64,000 nt of DNA from an uncultured candidate division Zixibacteria bacterium (GCA_963702205.1 OY969724.1:1920001-1984000), one strand, 5' to 3'. Counted from the stretch's first letter, positions 39,231-49,661 are shown. The notes: generated by a model from the sequence alone, not told the origin. Numbers and translations are program-made.

Positions 39231-41954
39231 ATGATAGCCCGCATGATTTTAATGGCTTTGCTGATTTTGTCCTCGGCCGGAAGTGTTCTGGCCGATGGCC
39301 TTTACCTGATTAAAATAAACAATGAAGATCAGCTGGCAACGGTCAAAAGCAGGTTGGCTTATGCCCATGGGACGATGGACGGATATTTTATTGTGCAGGC
39401 TGACGAAAATACTTCTCAATTCCTGCAGGACTCCGGAATCGAGATTGAAAAAGCGATTGACAACCGTGGAATTTCGGGCGTCCAGCTTGTCGAGCCCGAA
39501 GCTCCCGTGTTATTTTTGAAATCACAGAATCTAACGTTTGATTTCGAGCGCGACGGATTATACCTGGCATCACTGAATGATGAAGGAATCGAAACGGCCC
39601 GCCGGGCGGGCTATATGGTTCTTCCTCTGGAGGACCTTCAGACGCCTTTCTTTTATAACCCTCCGGCTTATTATGCACTGGCCAATCTCGAATACCCCTC
39701 GGATACTCTCGCCGATCTTGTCAGTCAGGATTCTTTGTTGAGCTATGATACGCGGCTCGAGGCGTTTCAAACGCGGTACATATATTCCGATTCTATTGAG
39801 TATGCCAAAGACTGGATTGTTTCCAAGTTTCAGGAGTTCGGGTACACCGACGTAACGCTCGATGAATTTTATTATAACGGGTTGCAGTTGTTCAACGTCG
39901 TGTGTACCAAACCCGGTACGAGTGAGGCCGATAAAGTCGTGGTTATCGGTGGACATTATGACTCCATAAATTTCGACAGCGATCCTCTGGTTTTCGCCCC
40001 CGGTGCCGACGACAACGGCAGCGGCGTTTGCGCGACCCTTGAGCTGGCGCGGGTTCTTAAAGATGTTCCGACCAAAAAGACGTATAAATTCGTGGCTTTT
40101 TGCGCCGAAGAAGTCGGTTTGATCGGGTCCATGGCTTATGCCCAGGAATTATATAACGCCGGGACGGACATCGAGGTCATGCTGAATTTCGACATGGTTG
40201 CCTACACCGGCGGCGTCAATTACGACATCAAGTATTTCCACGGACCCTTTAACGGTTATGCCAAAACTATGGTCGACGCCGCCACACGCGTTTCGACGAT
40301 AAACCCGTTGCTTTCCGGATCGACCGGAAGCTCAGATCATGAATCGTTCAGCAATCTGGGGTACAACGTTGTTTATACCCAGGAAGGATTATTCAATACC
40401 GATGGTTGGCATACCAACATGGATATTTCTTCGCGACTGGATTTCCCTTATTTCGAGCAGGTTATTCGTGCGGCGGCGGCAGGGGTGGGGGCTATCGACA
40501 ATGCCGCCAAGTTCACTCAAATTGATGCCATCTATGACGTCGGCAACGGCAGCGAGCTTTCAGTCGACTGGTCCGGGGATTGTGACCCCACTTATACTTA
40601 TCAGGTATTGTATGGCACGACAGCCGGGGTGTATACTGACACGGCCGACGTCCCGGCCGGCAATTGCACACACACTATAACCGGTTTAACCGAAGGCCAG
40701 ACCTACCATATGGCCGTGGCGGGAATAAACAGCGAGGGATATGGGCCTCTGTTTCTGGTGGAAAAGACGGGTCAACCGCTTATTATTCCTCGGCAGCCGC
40801 AACACGTCAGGGTCGACCCGGATTATATGCAGCTTTCCCTTAACTGGAAGCCCAATATCGAGCTCGACCTTAATTTTTACAGAATAATGCGAAAAGACCC
40901 GTTGAACGACTGGGCGGTTCTGGATGAAACGACCGACACATCGTACCTCGATATGGCGGTCGACGGGCACAAGCTTTATCAGTATGAAGTACTGGCAGTG
41001 GATAATGACATGAACGTCTCGACGGCGTCGAGTATCGTTTCGGCGGTTCCGGCTTCTTTCGATTCGGGAATATTATTCGTCGAAGAAACGTCATCGAGCG
41101 GCAGTCTGAATCCGACCGAAGCCCAGCAGACGGCTTATTATGATTCCATATTCGCCGGTGTTTCATATATAGAGCAGGAAATCAACTCCGCATCCGAGGC
41201 GCTGAACCGTTCGACGGCCGGGCAGTACCAGACCATTATCTGGTTTGACGACGATATCAACGTGCAGTTGTTCTCGGGTTCGATCGACTCGGTTGAATGG
41301 TATATCGGCTACCCGACCAATTTCGTCCTGGCAGGATGGCGGACCCTTATCAACCTGTCCGGAGGCGGAACCCAGGGGCCGGGTGACATTTTGTATGACG
41401 CCTTCGATATAACCGGGGTTACCGAACAGACGTCACTCGATTTCACCGGCGCGACCGGACAAAACGGCTGGCCCAATGTTGAGGTAAAGCCGGGCGGAAT
41501 ATTTAACGGGACTTTGCCGACGATATCAAAATTAACGCTTCCTCCCGCCAGTTCGGCCGAAGTGATTTATAATTTCAATTCGGCCAGCAGTGACCCCTCA
41601 TTTAACGGTCAACCGGTGGGTGTGGCCTATGAAACGCCAAACGGAAAAAGAGTGGCCTTGTCGTTTCCTGTTTACGATTTAACCAGCGCCAGCGCGACGG
41701 CACTTATTGGAAAAATTATGGACTATTTCGGGCAGGAAACTGTAAAATACGGTGATGCCAATAACGATAATGCCGTCAACCTGTTGGATATTTTGTTTAT
41801 AATAAGTTACAAATATGCCACCGGACCGGCCCCGATACATCCCAATCTGGCCGATCCCAACGGAGACTGTTCGATTAATCTCCTTGATATATTGTACCTG
41901 ATCTCCTCCATTTACGAAGACGGTCCGGCTCCGGTAATGGGGTGTGTCGAATAA
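39231..41954 (+). CDS. Secreted M28 peptidase with FN3 domains and C-terminal dockerin
   Basis: GGHYDS, GADDNGSG, AEEVGLIGS, NFDM, SDH; FN3-like repeats; GDANNDNAVNLLDIL..DPNGDCSINLLDIL. Confidence 0.9.
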   Translation: MIARMILMALLILSSAGSVLADGLYLIKINNEDQLATVKSRLAYAHGTMDGYFIVQADENTSQFLQDSGIEIEKAIDNRGISGVQLVEPEAPVLFLKSQNLTFDFERDGLYLASLNDEGIETARRAGYMVLPLEDLQTPFFYNPPAYYALANLEYPSDTLADLVSQDSLLSYDTRLEAFQTRYIYSDSIEYAKDWIVSKFQEFGYTDVTLDEFYYNGLQLFNVVCTKPGTSEADKVVVIGGHYDSINFDSDPLVFAPGADDNGSGVCATLELARVLKDVPTKKTYKFVAFCAEEVGLIGSMAYAQELYNAGTDIEVMLNFDMVAYTGGVNYDIKYFHGPFNGYAKTMVDAATRVSTINPLLSGSTGSSDHESFSNLGYNVVYTQEGLFNTDGWHTNMDISSRLDFPYFEQVIRAAAAGVGAIDNAAKFTQIDAIYDVGNGSELSVDWSGDCDPTYTYQVLYGTTAGVYTDTADVPAGNCTHTITGLTEGQTYHMAVAGINSEGYGPLFLVEKTGQPLIIPRQPQHVRVDPDYMQLSLNWKPNIELDLNFYRIMRKDPLNDWAVLDETTDTSYLDMAVDGHKLYQYEVLAVDNDMNVSTASSIVSAVPASFDSGILFVEETSSSGSLNPTEAQQTAYYDSIFAGVSYIEQEINSASEALNRSTAGQYQTIIWFDDDINVQLFSGSIDSVEWYIGYPTNFVLAGWRTLINLSGGGTQGPGDILYDAFDITGVTEQTSLDFTGATGQNGWPNVEVKPGGIFNGTLPTISKLTLPPASSAEVIYNFNSASSDPSFNGQPVGVAYETPNGKRVALSFPVYDLTSASATALIGKIMDYFGQETVKYGDANNDNAVNLLDILFIISYKYATGPAPIHPNLADPNGDCSINLLDILYLISSIYEDGPAPVMGCVE

Positions 41955-43072
41955 TGAGGAAATGCGTGCGGGCCGCCGGTTTTATCGTACTGTGTCTGCT
42001 TGTGATGCCGGGTCTGGCTGCGGCCCTTGATCTGCGGGAATTTAAAAACGACATCCAATTTTCCGCAAAAGCGCACGCCTTCGGCCTTAAGTCGGGCAAT
42101 CTGATTGTCACCGAGGGCGATTCGTTTCTGGGTTATAATAATCGTCTGAAGACCGAATTCTCGAAGACGCTAAAGGCCGGGCAGAAATTGGCCGTTTCTG
42201 ACAACGGCCTGTATTATGGAATAATTACGATACTTCAACCGGTGGATTCGACCGGGGCACCGCTGCAGCACATCGACATTTACGATAAAAATAATAAAAA
42301 TATCTGGTCATACGACGGCCTGGCTATGGGCAAATGCCACATTGCACCGTCGGGTGATTATCTGGTCTTCGCCTCCGGTACGGAAGGCGGTTTCGACTGG
42401 AGAGTTATGGTTTGCAACGCCAACCAGACCGGGGCGATGCTCGACCTGGTCGCCTGCAAAGAAATCAGATTCGCATCCGACGGCAGCCGATTTATAATAG
42501 ACGGCGGCCCCAAGGGCGTGTTTTTGTATGACAAAGCCGGGAATATGCTTAAGGCGCTCGACTATCAAAACGGTTTCGCGATATCGCCGACCGGTAAGTA
42601 CTTCGCGGTGCTTAAGAACGCGGTTTTGACGACGTACATGGATACGACCCTGTTGTCGATCGACAGCACGGTGGATAGAGAAATAGTCGCGTTTAATATA
42701 AACGAAAAACTCAAGCGGTTGTACTATGTGGCCCCGTATACGCTGGCTTCGATCAATATTGAAAGAGGGGCCAAGGTTTGGGATTATAAGATGGAGAGTG
42801 TCGAGTACAGGTTTACATCGATAGACTTGTCGAATGATGACCGATTTATCGCCTGCGGGGTGATCCTCAATCTGGGGTCGCAGGTGCCGAAAGACGAACG
42901 GCATCCAAAGGGCTATATCTATATGTTCGATATCGGTCGCAATTTCTTCCGAAAAGTGGAATTCCCCAATTCCAACTGGACCCCGGGACAGCCTGAAGTC
43001 GGCTTCTGGCCCGACGGCCGCTCGATTCTGGTGCGCACTTTTGACCGTATTCTTACTTTCGAAATGATATAA
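41954..43072 (+). CDS. Exported beta-propeller (WD40-like) protein
   Basis: Signal peptide; repeated (I/V)(S/A)xxGxY/F blade motifs. Confidence 0.65.
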   Translation: MRKCVRAAGFIVLCLLVMPGLAAALDLREFKNDIQFSAKAHAFGLKSGNLIVTEGDSFLGYNNRLKTEFSKTLKAGQKLAVSDNGLYYGIITILQPVDSTGAPLQHIDIYDKNNKNIWSYDGLAMGKCHIAPSGDYLVFASGTEGGFDWRVMVCNANQTGAMLDLVACKEIRFASDGSRFIIDGGPKGVFLYDKAGNMLKALDYQNGFAISPTGKYFAVLKNAVLTTYMDTTLLSIDSTVDREIVAFNINEKLKRLYYVAPYTLASINIERGAKVWDYKMESVEYRFTSIDLSNDDRFIACGVILNLGSQVPKDERHPKGYIYMFDIGRNFFRKVEFPNSNWTPGQPEVGFWPDGRSILVRTFDRILTFEMI

Positions 43073-43234
43073 TATTTGAAATTGATTGCATATCGCAATT
43101 TGGGTTCATCGTAATATTCCGTAAAAATTGACTCTTTTCGTTCGTAACCGTAGGCTCTGTCACAAACTGGATTATTCCCGGAATTCAGGCACCGATATTG
43201 CACTTTGGCCGGGAAAGCCATTTGGGAGTATATT

Positions 43235-44038
43235 ATGGAACCGATTCTTAAAATAGTGCCTCGAACGCAAATCGTGACGATAATGGAATCTCATGCCGAC
43301 AGGACGGAATATCTAACGACCGCCTTTGCCGAAGCGGGATACATATTTAATCCGCTCCTGGTTGTTGAAGTCGTTGATGGAGTGTATCTTATGACCGATG
43401 ACGGCTCCTATCTGGAAGCGTTGGAACGCCTTAGGGTCGATTTTGTTCCGGTGCAGGTGGTGCCTGTCCCGGATCCGCCGATCATGACCGGCCATATTTT
43501 CTTAAGCCAATGGAATAACGACCAATTTAATGAATTCCAGAGAATATTCCCGCGAGACACTCATATCGCGGTCGGTGATTCTGCCAATCTCGAGAATAGA
43601 ATTTACGCACGGATTAAGTCCTGGGATGGTAATGAGTTAGGGGCAGGTATAGACTTGGGGAAATCTCACCACGCTTCTGCCATACTAACTGATTTTGTAA
43701 ATTTTCTGCGACAGAGAGCGAATATTGTCAAACCGACGGACCGAAAATCGGCCGTAACCGGAGGGAAGCCGGACTCCGGGACGGTGCAAATGGAAATAGG
43801 CAATATCGGCTTTGATGAGGTGCTCAGGTTAAGTCAAAACGGCTTTCTTCTTCCTGCCGGGTTCTATCGACCAGAATGTCTCTGCCGCGTGCTGGGCATA
43901 AATTACCCTATTAAAGTGCTTAGAGAAAACGCATCGGTTACGGATAAGCAGACTTTTTTGCACGATCTGATAGCCTTGAGAATGGAATCCGGGCGGGCTG
44001 AGTCGTTCAATGGTAGAGTTTTGCTTCTTAATTATTAA
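43235..44038 (+). CDS. ParB/Srx-fold protein resembling SbnI/SerK serine kinases, active site degenerate
   Basis: LKIVP..GYIFNPLLV..YLMTD..VPVQVV and LLPAG..R..RVLGINYP; the DGxHR motif reads DDGSY. Confidence 0.55.
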   Translation: MEPILKIVPRTQIVTIMESHADRTEYLTTAFAEAGYIFNPLLVVEVVDGVYLMTDDGSYLEALERLRVDFVPVQVVPVPDPPIMTGHIFLSQWNNDQFNEFQRIFPRDTHIAVGDSANLENRIYARIKSWDGNELGAGIDLGKSHHASAILTDFVNFLRQRANIVKPTDRKSAVTGGKPDSGTVQMEIGNIGFDEVLRLSQNGFLLPAGFYRPECLCRVLGINYPIKVLRENASVTDKQTFLHDLIALRMESGRAESFNGRVLLLNY

Positions 44039-44093
44039 GTTGCCTTAAAAAATTGTTGAACGCCGCATTAGAGGCGATTAGATTGCCGGTATT

Positions 44094-44273
44094 ATGCTGG
44101 AAATCGATGGTAACCTTTGCCTGCAGTGCGGCGGGTGCGTGACCTTGTGTCCCGAAGAGGCTCTTTTCTTGAGCTTCGAGCGGCTGCTGTGTCAGCACGA
44201 TTTATGTACCATGTGTCGCATTTGCATCCTGTTTTGCCCGGTTGAGGCATTGAGGGCAAAAGCCGTTGCATGA
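44094..44273 (+). CDS. 2x[4Fe-4S] ferredoxin (59 aa, absent from the ORF track)
   Basis: MLEIDGNLCLQCGGCVTLCPEEA...CTMCRICILFCPVEAL: two CxxCxxCxxxCP motifs; overlaps the next gene. Confidence 0.92.
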   Translation: MLEIDGNLCLQCGGCVTLCPEEALFLSFERLLCQHDLCTMCRICILFCPVEALRAKAVA

Positions 44274-45450
44274 GTACGACGCCGTAGTGGTGGGGGCAGG
44301 CCCGGCCGGGTCGATGGCTGCTTTCGAAATCGCCAAAGCCGGGTTTAGAACGCTTCTGCTGGAAAAACACGAAAGGCCGGGGCTTCCTCTTTGCTGTGCC
44401 GAAGGCGTCGCGGCCGGTGCGATGGAAGAACTGATTGGTGAGGTTGAACCATCCTGGGTGGCGTCGAAAATCAACCGCTTCATGATGGTTGCTCCTGACG
44501 GCAACAGCGTGACGGCTGAAAGTGAACGAAAAGGATATATCCTGGAACGCCCACGGTTTGATCTGGACCTGGCCCATCGCGCCCAAAAGGCCGGGGCGAA
44601 ACTTGTTTGCAATGCGATCGGAAAAAATCTTAAGCAGCACAAGAAACGCTTTGAAACTATCGAAATCGAATACCCGGGGGGAGAGACCGAGACAGTCAGG
44701 GCCGGAATTTTTGTCGCCGCCGATGGAATCGAGTCGCAACTGGCCCGGCAGGCCGGGGTACCAAACCGGTTGGGATTAAAAGAAACACTGGCGGCGCTGC
44801 AATATCGACTGCACGGCATAGACATCGATCCTCACCTGATTGAATTTCACTTCGGCCACGAAATAGCGCCACTGGGGTACATCTGGATCTTTCCGAAATC
44901 GGCCGCCAGCGCCAATGTCGGAATTTGTATGGGATCGAACAAACGCAAAGACAATAGCGCCGAAGCCCTGCTGGACCGGTTTATCACAGACCGATTCGGA
45001 AACCCGGAAATAGTCAGCCGTCACTGCGGACTGATTCCGACCTTTCGCGGGAGCAGGATGTTGCGCAAATACAATCTCCTGATAGTCGGCGATGCCGCCC
45101 GCGTGATTGAATCGTTGTCGGGCGCAGGAATCGCCCTTGGTATGGCCTCCGGTATATTCGCCGGGCGGGCCGTCGTCAGGTTTCTTTCCGGGGCTGTTAC
45201 CGATATGGCGGGTCTTGACAAATTGTACCCCGGTGAGTTCCTGAAAACGAAAAAAGAAGAAATGGTCCGGTATGCACGAATGCGTCGCGCCTTCGAACAT
45301 ATGTCGGATCGCGACTTTGACTGCATTATTGGGGCGTTAAGAGAGCAGGTTGATAAAAACAATAATAGCGGAATAAATGTCGGTAAATTGCTCTGGATGA
45401 TTCTCACGACTCATCCGAGGCTGATAAGGCTGGCCAGATATATGGTCTGA
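44266..45450 (+). CDS. Geranylgeranyl reductase family flavoprotein (DGGGPL reductase-like)
   Basis: VVGAGPAGS, CAEG, AADG, APLGYIWIFP, VGDAA. Confidence 0.88.
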   Translation: MHEYDAVVVGAGPAGSMAAFEIAKAGFRTLLLEKHERPGLPLCCAEGVAAGAMEELIGEVEPSWVASKINRFMMVAPDGNSVTAESERKGYILERPRFDLDLAHRAQKAGAKLVCNAIGKNLKQHKKRFETIEIEYPGGETETVRAGIFVAADGIESQLARQAGVPNRLGLKETLAALQYRLHGIDIDPHLIEFHFGHEIAPLGYIWIFPKSAASANVGICMGSNKRKDNSAEALLDRFITDRFGNPEIVSRHCGLIPTFRGSRMLRKYNLLIVGDAARVIESLSGAGIALGMASGIFAGRAVVRFLSGAVTDMAGLDKLYPGEFLKTKKEEMVRYARMRRAFEHMSDRDFDCIIGALREQVDKNNNSGINVGKLLWMILTTHPRLIRLARYMV

Positions 45451-45455
45451 CCGCC

Positions 45456-45719
45456 TTATTCGCTTTTGCTCAATGAATCGACAAATCCCGCCAGTCTTGA
45501 TTTTAAGCGAGCGGCTTTGTTCTTATGAATGATCTTCTTACTTGCGGCTTTGTCAATATTTCTGACCGTCGCGGTATATTTCGCGGCTGCCTCTTCGGGC
45601 TTTTGAGTGGCCTTGAGGTCCTTGATGGAACTCTTAAGAGTCGTCCGGATGGCCCGGTTTCTCAATTGCTCTTCGCCCGACGTCCGCATTCTTTTCTTGC
45701 ACGATTTATGGTGCGGCAA
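45456..45719 (-). CDS. rpsT: 30S ribosomal protein S20
   Basis: KSCKKRMR, IDKAASK.IIHKNKAARLKSRL. Confidence 0.95.
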   Translation of the reverse strand: MPHHKSCKKRMRTSGEEQLRNRAIRTTLKSSIKDLKATQKPEEAAAKYTATVRNIDKAASKKIIHKNKAARLKSRLAGFVDSLSKSE

Positions 45720-45783
45720 GGATGGCTCCTTTCTTTCTCAAAAAAATTAGTTTCTCAATATACGAACAGCGCCCGGTTTGTCA

Positions 45784-47361
45784 ATGGATAAAAATTACAA
45801 TACCAGCATGGTATCGTCAGCCGGAAAGGTCGCTTCGGCCACCGCTTTTTCACGGGTCCTGGGGCTTATTCGGGAGCAGGTGGTGGCGGTGCTGTTCGGA
45901 GCCGGGATGCTGACCGACTGTTTTGTCGCGGCCTTTCGCATACCCAACCTGCTTCGAGACCTCTTCGCCGAGGGGGCGCTGTCGTCGGCCTTTGTGCCGG
46001 TCTTCAAGGAACAGCTGGTCAAACGGGACAAAATGGACGCATTCCGTCTGGCCAATGTCACTATCTCGGTATTACTCCTGGTGGTCGGGCTGGCGGTCTC
46101 GCTGGGTATAATTTTTTCGCCGCAGCTGGTCTATATATCCGCCAAAGGCTTTACGTCCAATCCCGAAAAATTCGATCTGACCGTTAATTTGACTCGCCTG
46201 ATGTTCGTCTACCTGCTCCTGGTTTCTGTCTCGGCGGTCTTGATGGGGATCCTCAATTCGACCGGACGATTTGGGATTCCGGCACTGTCCCCGGCCCTGT
46301 TCAACCTGGGTATGATACTGACGCCCGTTCTGCTCTATGAATATTTCAATGCGCCGATTTATACCCTGGCGCTCGGTGTAATAATCGGCGGGATGGGGCA
46401 GCTGGTGTTCCAGTTGCCGTCGATGCATCGGATCGGCTTCCGGTTTCGCCTGATATTCGATTTTTATGACGACGGTCTGAAAAGAATTATCAAGCTGATT
46501 GCACCTATGATGCTCGGCCTGTCGGCGTCGCGGATCAATATATTGATTAACACCCTGCTGGCGTCGTTTCTCATCGAAGGCTCGATCTCGTATCTTAATT
46601 TTGCATACCGGCTGATGCACTTCCCTCTGGGCGTTTTCGCCGTGGCGCTGGGGACGGTGGCCCTGCCCAGGGCTTCCGAGGACGTCGCGCGGGGAGACCA
46701 CCCGGCTCTGACCAGAACCTTTGCCGAAGCGTTCGGATTGAATATGTTTCTGGTGATTCCCTCGGCGGCCTTTCTGGCCGTTTTCGGAAAGGACGTTGTC
46801 AAATTGATTTTTCAGTATGGGGCCTTCGATGCCACCGATACGCTCAACACCGCCCGGGCCTTGTTCTATTATTCATTCGGGCTGATCGGTTTCGCCGGCG
46901 TGCGAGTGGTCGCGCCGGTTTATTATGCGCTGGGGGATTCCAAAAGACCGATGTTGTATTCGATACTGGCGGTGGCGGTTAATATCGGCCTGAATTTCGC
47001 GCTGATACCATTCTTGAATTTCGCCGGTCTGGCGGCAGCTACCGGAGCCGCCGGGCTGGCCAATATGGGGCTTCTGCTGGCGAATCTCAAAAGAAAAATT
47101 CCCGGACTGTCTTTCAAACCGGTTCTTTATCAGAGCATAAAGACGATTGCAGCCTCGGGGATTGCGGTCACAGCTACTAAAGTACTGGTGACCGTTGTCG
47201 ATTTCCGACAGGTGTTCGGATTGAAGGGTTTTCCGGGAAATTTGGCCGTGGTGTTGGTGGAAATCGCAGGATTGGCTCTGGGGTATCTTGTGTTTTCAAT
47301 TTTCTTTAAATTGGAAGAGCTGCCAAAAGTTATTTCGATATTTAGGGCTCGTGTCAAATAA
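45784..47361 (+). CDS. murJ: Lipid II flippase MurJ
   Basis: SRVLGLIRE, AFRIPNLLRDLFAEGALSSAFVP. Confidence 0.95.
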   Translation: MDKNYNTSMVSSAGKVASATAFSRVLGLIREQVVAVLFGAGMLTDCFVAAFRIPNLLRDLFAEGALSSAFVPVFKEQLVKRDKMDAFRLANVTISVLLLVVGLAVSLGIIFSPQLVYISAKGFTSNPEKFDLTVNLTRLMFVYLLLVSVSAVLMGILNSTGRFGIPALSPALFNLGMILTPVLLYEYFNAPIYTLALGVIIGGMGQLVFQLPSMHRIGFRFRLIFDFYDDGLKRIIKLIAPMMLGLSASRINILINTLLASFLIEGSISYLNFAYRLMHFPLGVFAVALGTVALPRASEDVARGDHPALTRTFAEAFGLNMFLVIPSAAFLAVFGKDVVKLIFQYGAFDATDTLNTARALFYYSFGLIGFAGVRVVAPVYYALGDSKRPMLYSILAVAVNIGLNFALIPFLNFAGLAAATGAAGLANMGLLLANLKRKIPGLSFKPVLYQSIKTIAASGIAVTATKVLVTVVDFRQVFGLKGFPGNLAVVLVEIAGLALGYLVFSIFFKLEELPKVISIFRARVK

Positions 47362-47375
47362 ATCGAGAAGTTCGT

Positions 47376-49661
47376 GTGATTAAAAAATATCCGGCGATTG
47401 CCGGCCTGATTCCGGTTATAGCGGCGATTGTACTGGCAGACAAAATATTTCTGTCCGCGTGGGTTTGGCTGGTTCTGGCGGTGTCGTGCATTTTCGCCGC
47501 TCTCTGGTGCTGGGCAAGGAATAAGCACCGGGCTTTGACCGGGTCCGTGCTGGCGGCGCTCCTGCTTCTGTCCGGTTTTTCGTACACGTACGCAGTCAAA
47601 ACATTCCCGCCCGGGCATATTATTCATTACGCCGACGGCAACACTCAATACACGATTTATGCCACGGTCGACGACTGGCCGACGATAAAAAACCACTACA
47701 CGGACATCTTTGCGTCGGTGGATTCTTTGGATAACGGGCAGGTTAGAACGAAAGTGATGGGACGGATTCTAATCCATGTTGGCAGCGGAGCTAATTTCGT
47801 GCAATACGGGGATCGACTGATATTAACGGGGCGCTTATATCCGTTAAAGGGTGGTCGGAATCCCAATGGTTTCGATTATCGCCGCTACCTGAATTTGAAG
47901 TCGGTGTTTGCGGTGGCGTATTTGCCGCACCAGTACAATATCAGGATCGATCCGGCCGGACGCGGAAATCCATATCACGGTATAAATTATCTGAGAAAAC
48001 AGATTCTTTCGGCGTTTTCGCATAATCTCAGCGATTCATCGGCCGCCCTTGCCTCGGGATTTCTGATAGGCGAAACTCGTGACATTGATACCGGTATTTA
48101 CGAACTATTTCGGGATACCGGCACGCTGCACCTTCTGGCCGTCTCCGGCTCCAATGTCGGGCTGGTTGTGCTGGTCTTTCTGTTTTTGCTGAGGGCATCG
48201 CCGATGAAAAGGGTGTCGCGTACGATAGCGCTGCTGGTGATCGTCGTTATCTTTTCGTTTCTGTCTTACAATCAGCCGTCGGTAGTGAGGGCGGCGGTGA
48301 TGGCGGGTTTGGTCCTTGTCGGGAGGAGTTTCCAGCGGCGCATCGATTACAATAATATAATCGCATCGGCGGCGTTGATAATTCTGCTGTTCGCACCGGT
48401 GCAGTTGTTCGACATCGGCTTTCAACTGTCCTTCGCGACCGCCTGGGGCTTGGTATTTATCATGCCGAAAGTGTCACAATTGTTTAAATCGTACCATCGA
48501 AGCCGAATCTATCGGTTTCTCGTGTTTCCTCTACTTGTCTGCATGGTGGCGCAGGTTGTATCGCTGCCGCTGTCGGCTTATTATTTTAACCGGCTGCCAG
48601 TCATTTCTTTTCTGTCCAACCTGGTGATAGTACCGCTGGTAAGCATTGCCGTCATTGGTGAAGTAGCTCTTTTATTCGCTGCGTTGGTACTTCCGATTTT
48701 GGGTGTTATGGTCGGATCGCTTTTAAATCCGCTGTTGCTGCTTATAATTAAACTATTGGAGTTTTTTAATTCCGTCAACTGGTCGATTCATCAGGGCTTT
48801 TCGCTTTCCGGCTTCTGGCTGTTGATTTATTTTGTTCTGCTTGTTATTGCCGTGATGGCTCTGGAATACCGGAGCATGCGAAGATATCTTGTCTTCGCCG
48901 CGGTGATTTCAATGATCGGACTAGTTTCATCCGGACTTTTTGTAACTCACGATCGGGAGGAAATTACGATTCTATCACTTTCATCGGGATACATCGCGAT
49001 AAGCCACCGCGCACCGGCGATGGTGATTCTGGCCGACCTGAGTCCCAAAGACTATTCTTACACCGAAAAAATCGTGCAGCCTCTCCTGGAAAATTGGGAC
49101 ATCCGCGATTTCAATGTCGTCGTAATATCCGGCAATTATCAGACTGTCAAAGAAGCTCTGTTATTGGCCCGGATTTCCGACGGCGGTCAGTTGTATATTC
49201 CGACCAAATACGCTTATCTGACTCATGACATCGCCGAGGAAATGTCGCTTACTGGGAAAACAGCCGCCGTCAAGCTACTTGAAAAAGATGGTCAAAGGGC
49301 CGTGGAAGATTCACTATACATACGACTCAGTGCCGGTATGGCGGCCATTACCACTCCAAAATCTGAAATAATTTTCGCCGCCGACGAATTCTCATTCGCG
49401 GAATATTCGAATGGCGGCAATAATTTCCCGGAAATCAGCTTTCTGGTCGTCCCTGAAATGTCAAACAGGCAATTGAAATTCCTGGAAAAGAGGACCCCAA
49501 TGGGGGGGATTAAAATTATTTCCAACCGACTGAATCCCTCGGTTCGGTCTTATTTGGCCGAAAGCGAAAAAAATGCCGAGATTTCGCAAAATATCATTAT
49601 GCCGTCGCAAGTCGGTGCTATTACTTTAGTTATGCGAAACGGAACACTTGTTCGGAAATGA
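47376..49661 (+). CDS. comEC: ComEC/Rec2 competence protein
   Basis: RNPNGFDY, GTLHLLAVSGSNV, SVVRA, GFQLSF. Confidence 0.9.
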   Translation: MIKKYPAIAGLIPVIAAIVLADKIFLSAWVWLVLAVSCIFAALWCWARNKHRALTGSVLAALLLLSGFSYTYAVKTFPPGHIIHYADGNTQYTIYATVDDWPTIKNHYTDIFASVDSLDNGQVRTKVMGRILIHVGSGANFVQYGDRLILTGRLYPLKGGRNPNGFDYRRYLNLKSVFAVAYLPHQYNIRIDPAGRGNPYHGINYLRKQILSAFSHNLSDSSAALASGFLIGETRDIDTGIYELFRDTGTLHLLAVSGSNVGLVVLVFLFLLRASPMKRVSRTIALLVIVVIFSFLSYNQPSVVRAAVMAGLVLVGRSFQRRIDYNNIIASAALIILLFAPVQLFDIGFQLSFATAWGLVFIMPKVSQLFKSYHRSRIYRFLVFPLLVCMVAQVVSLPLSAYYFNRLPVISFLSNLVIVPLVSIAVIGEVALLFAALVLPILGVMVGSLLNPLLLLIIKLLEFFNSVNWSIHQGFSLSGFWLLIYFVLLVIAVMALEYRSMRRYLVFAAVISMIGLVSSGLFVTHDREEITILSLSSGYIAISHRAPAMVILADLSPKDYSYTEKIVQPLLENWDIRDFNVVVISGNYQTVKEALLLARISDGGQLYIPTKYAYLTHDIAEEMSLTGKTAAVKLLEKDGQRAVEDSLYIRLSAGMAAITTPKSEIIFAADEFSFAEYSNGGNNFPEISFLVVPEMSNRQLKFLEKRTPMGGIKIISNRLNPSVRSYLAESEKNAEISQNIIMPSQVGAITLVMRNGTLVRK

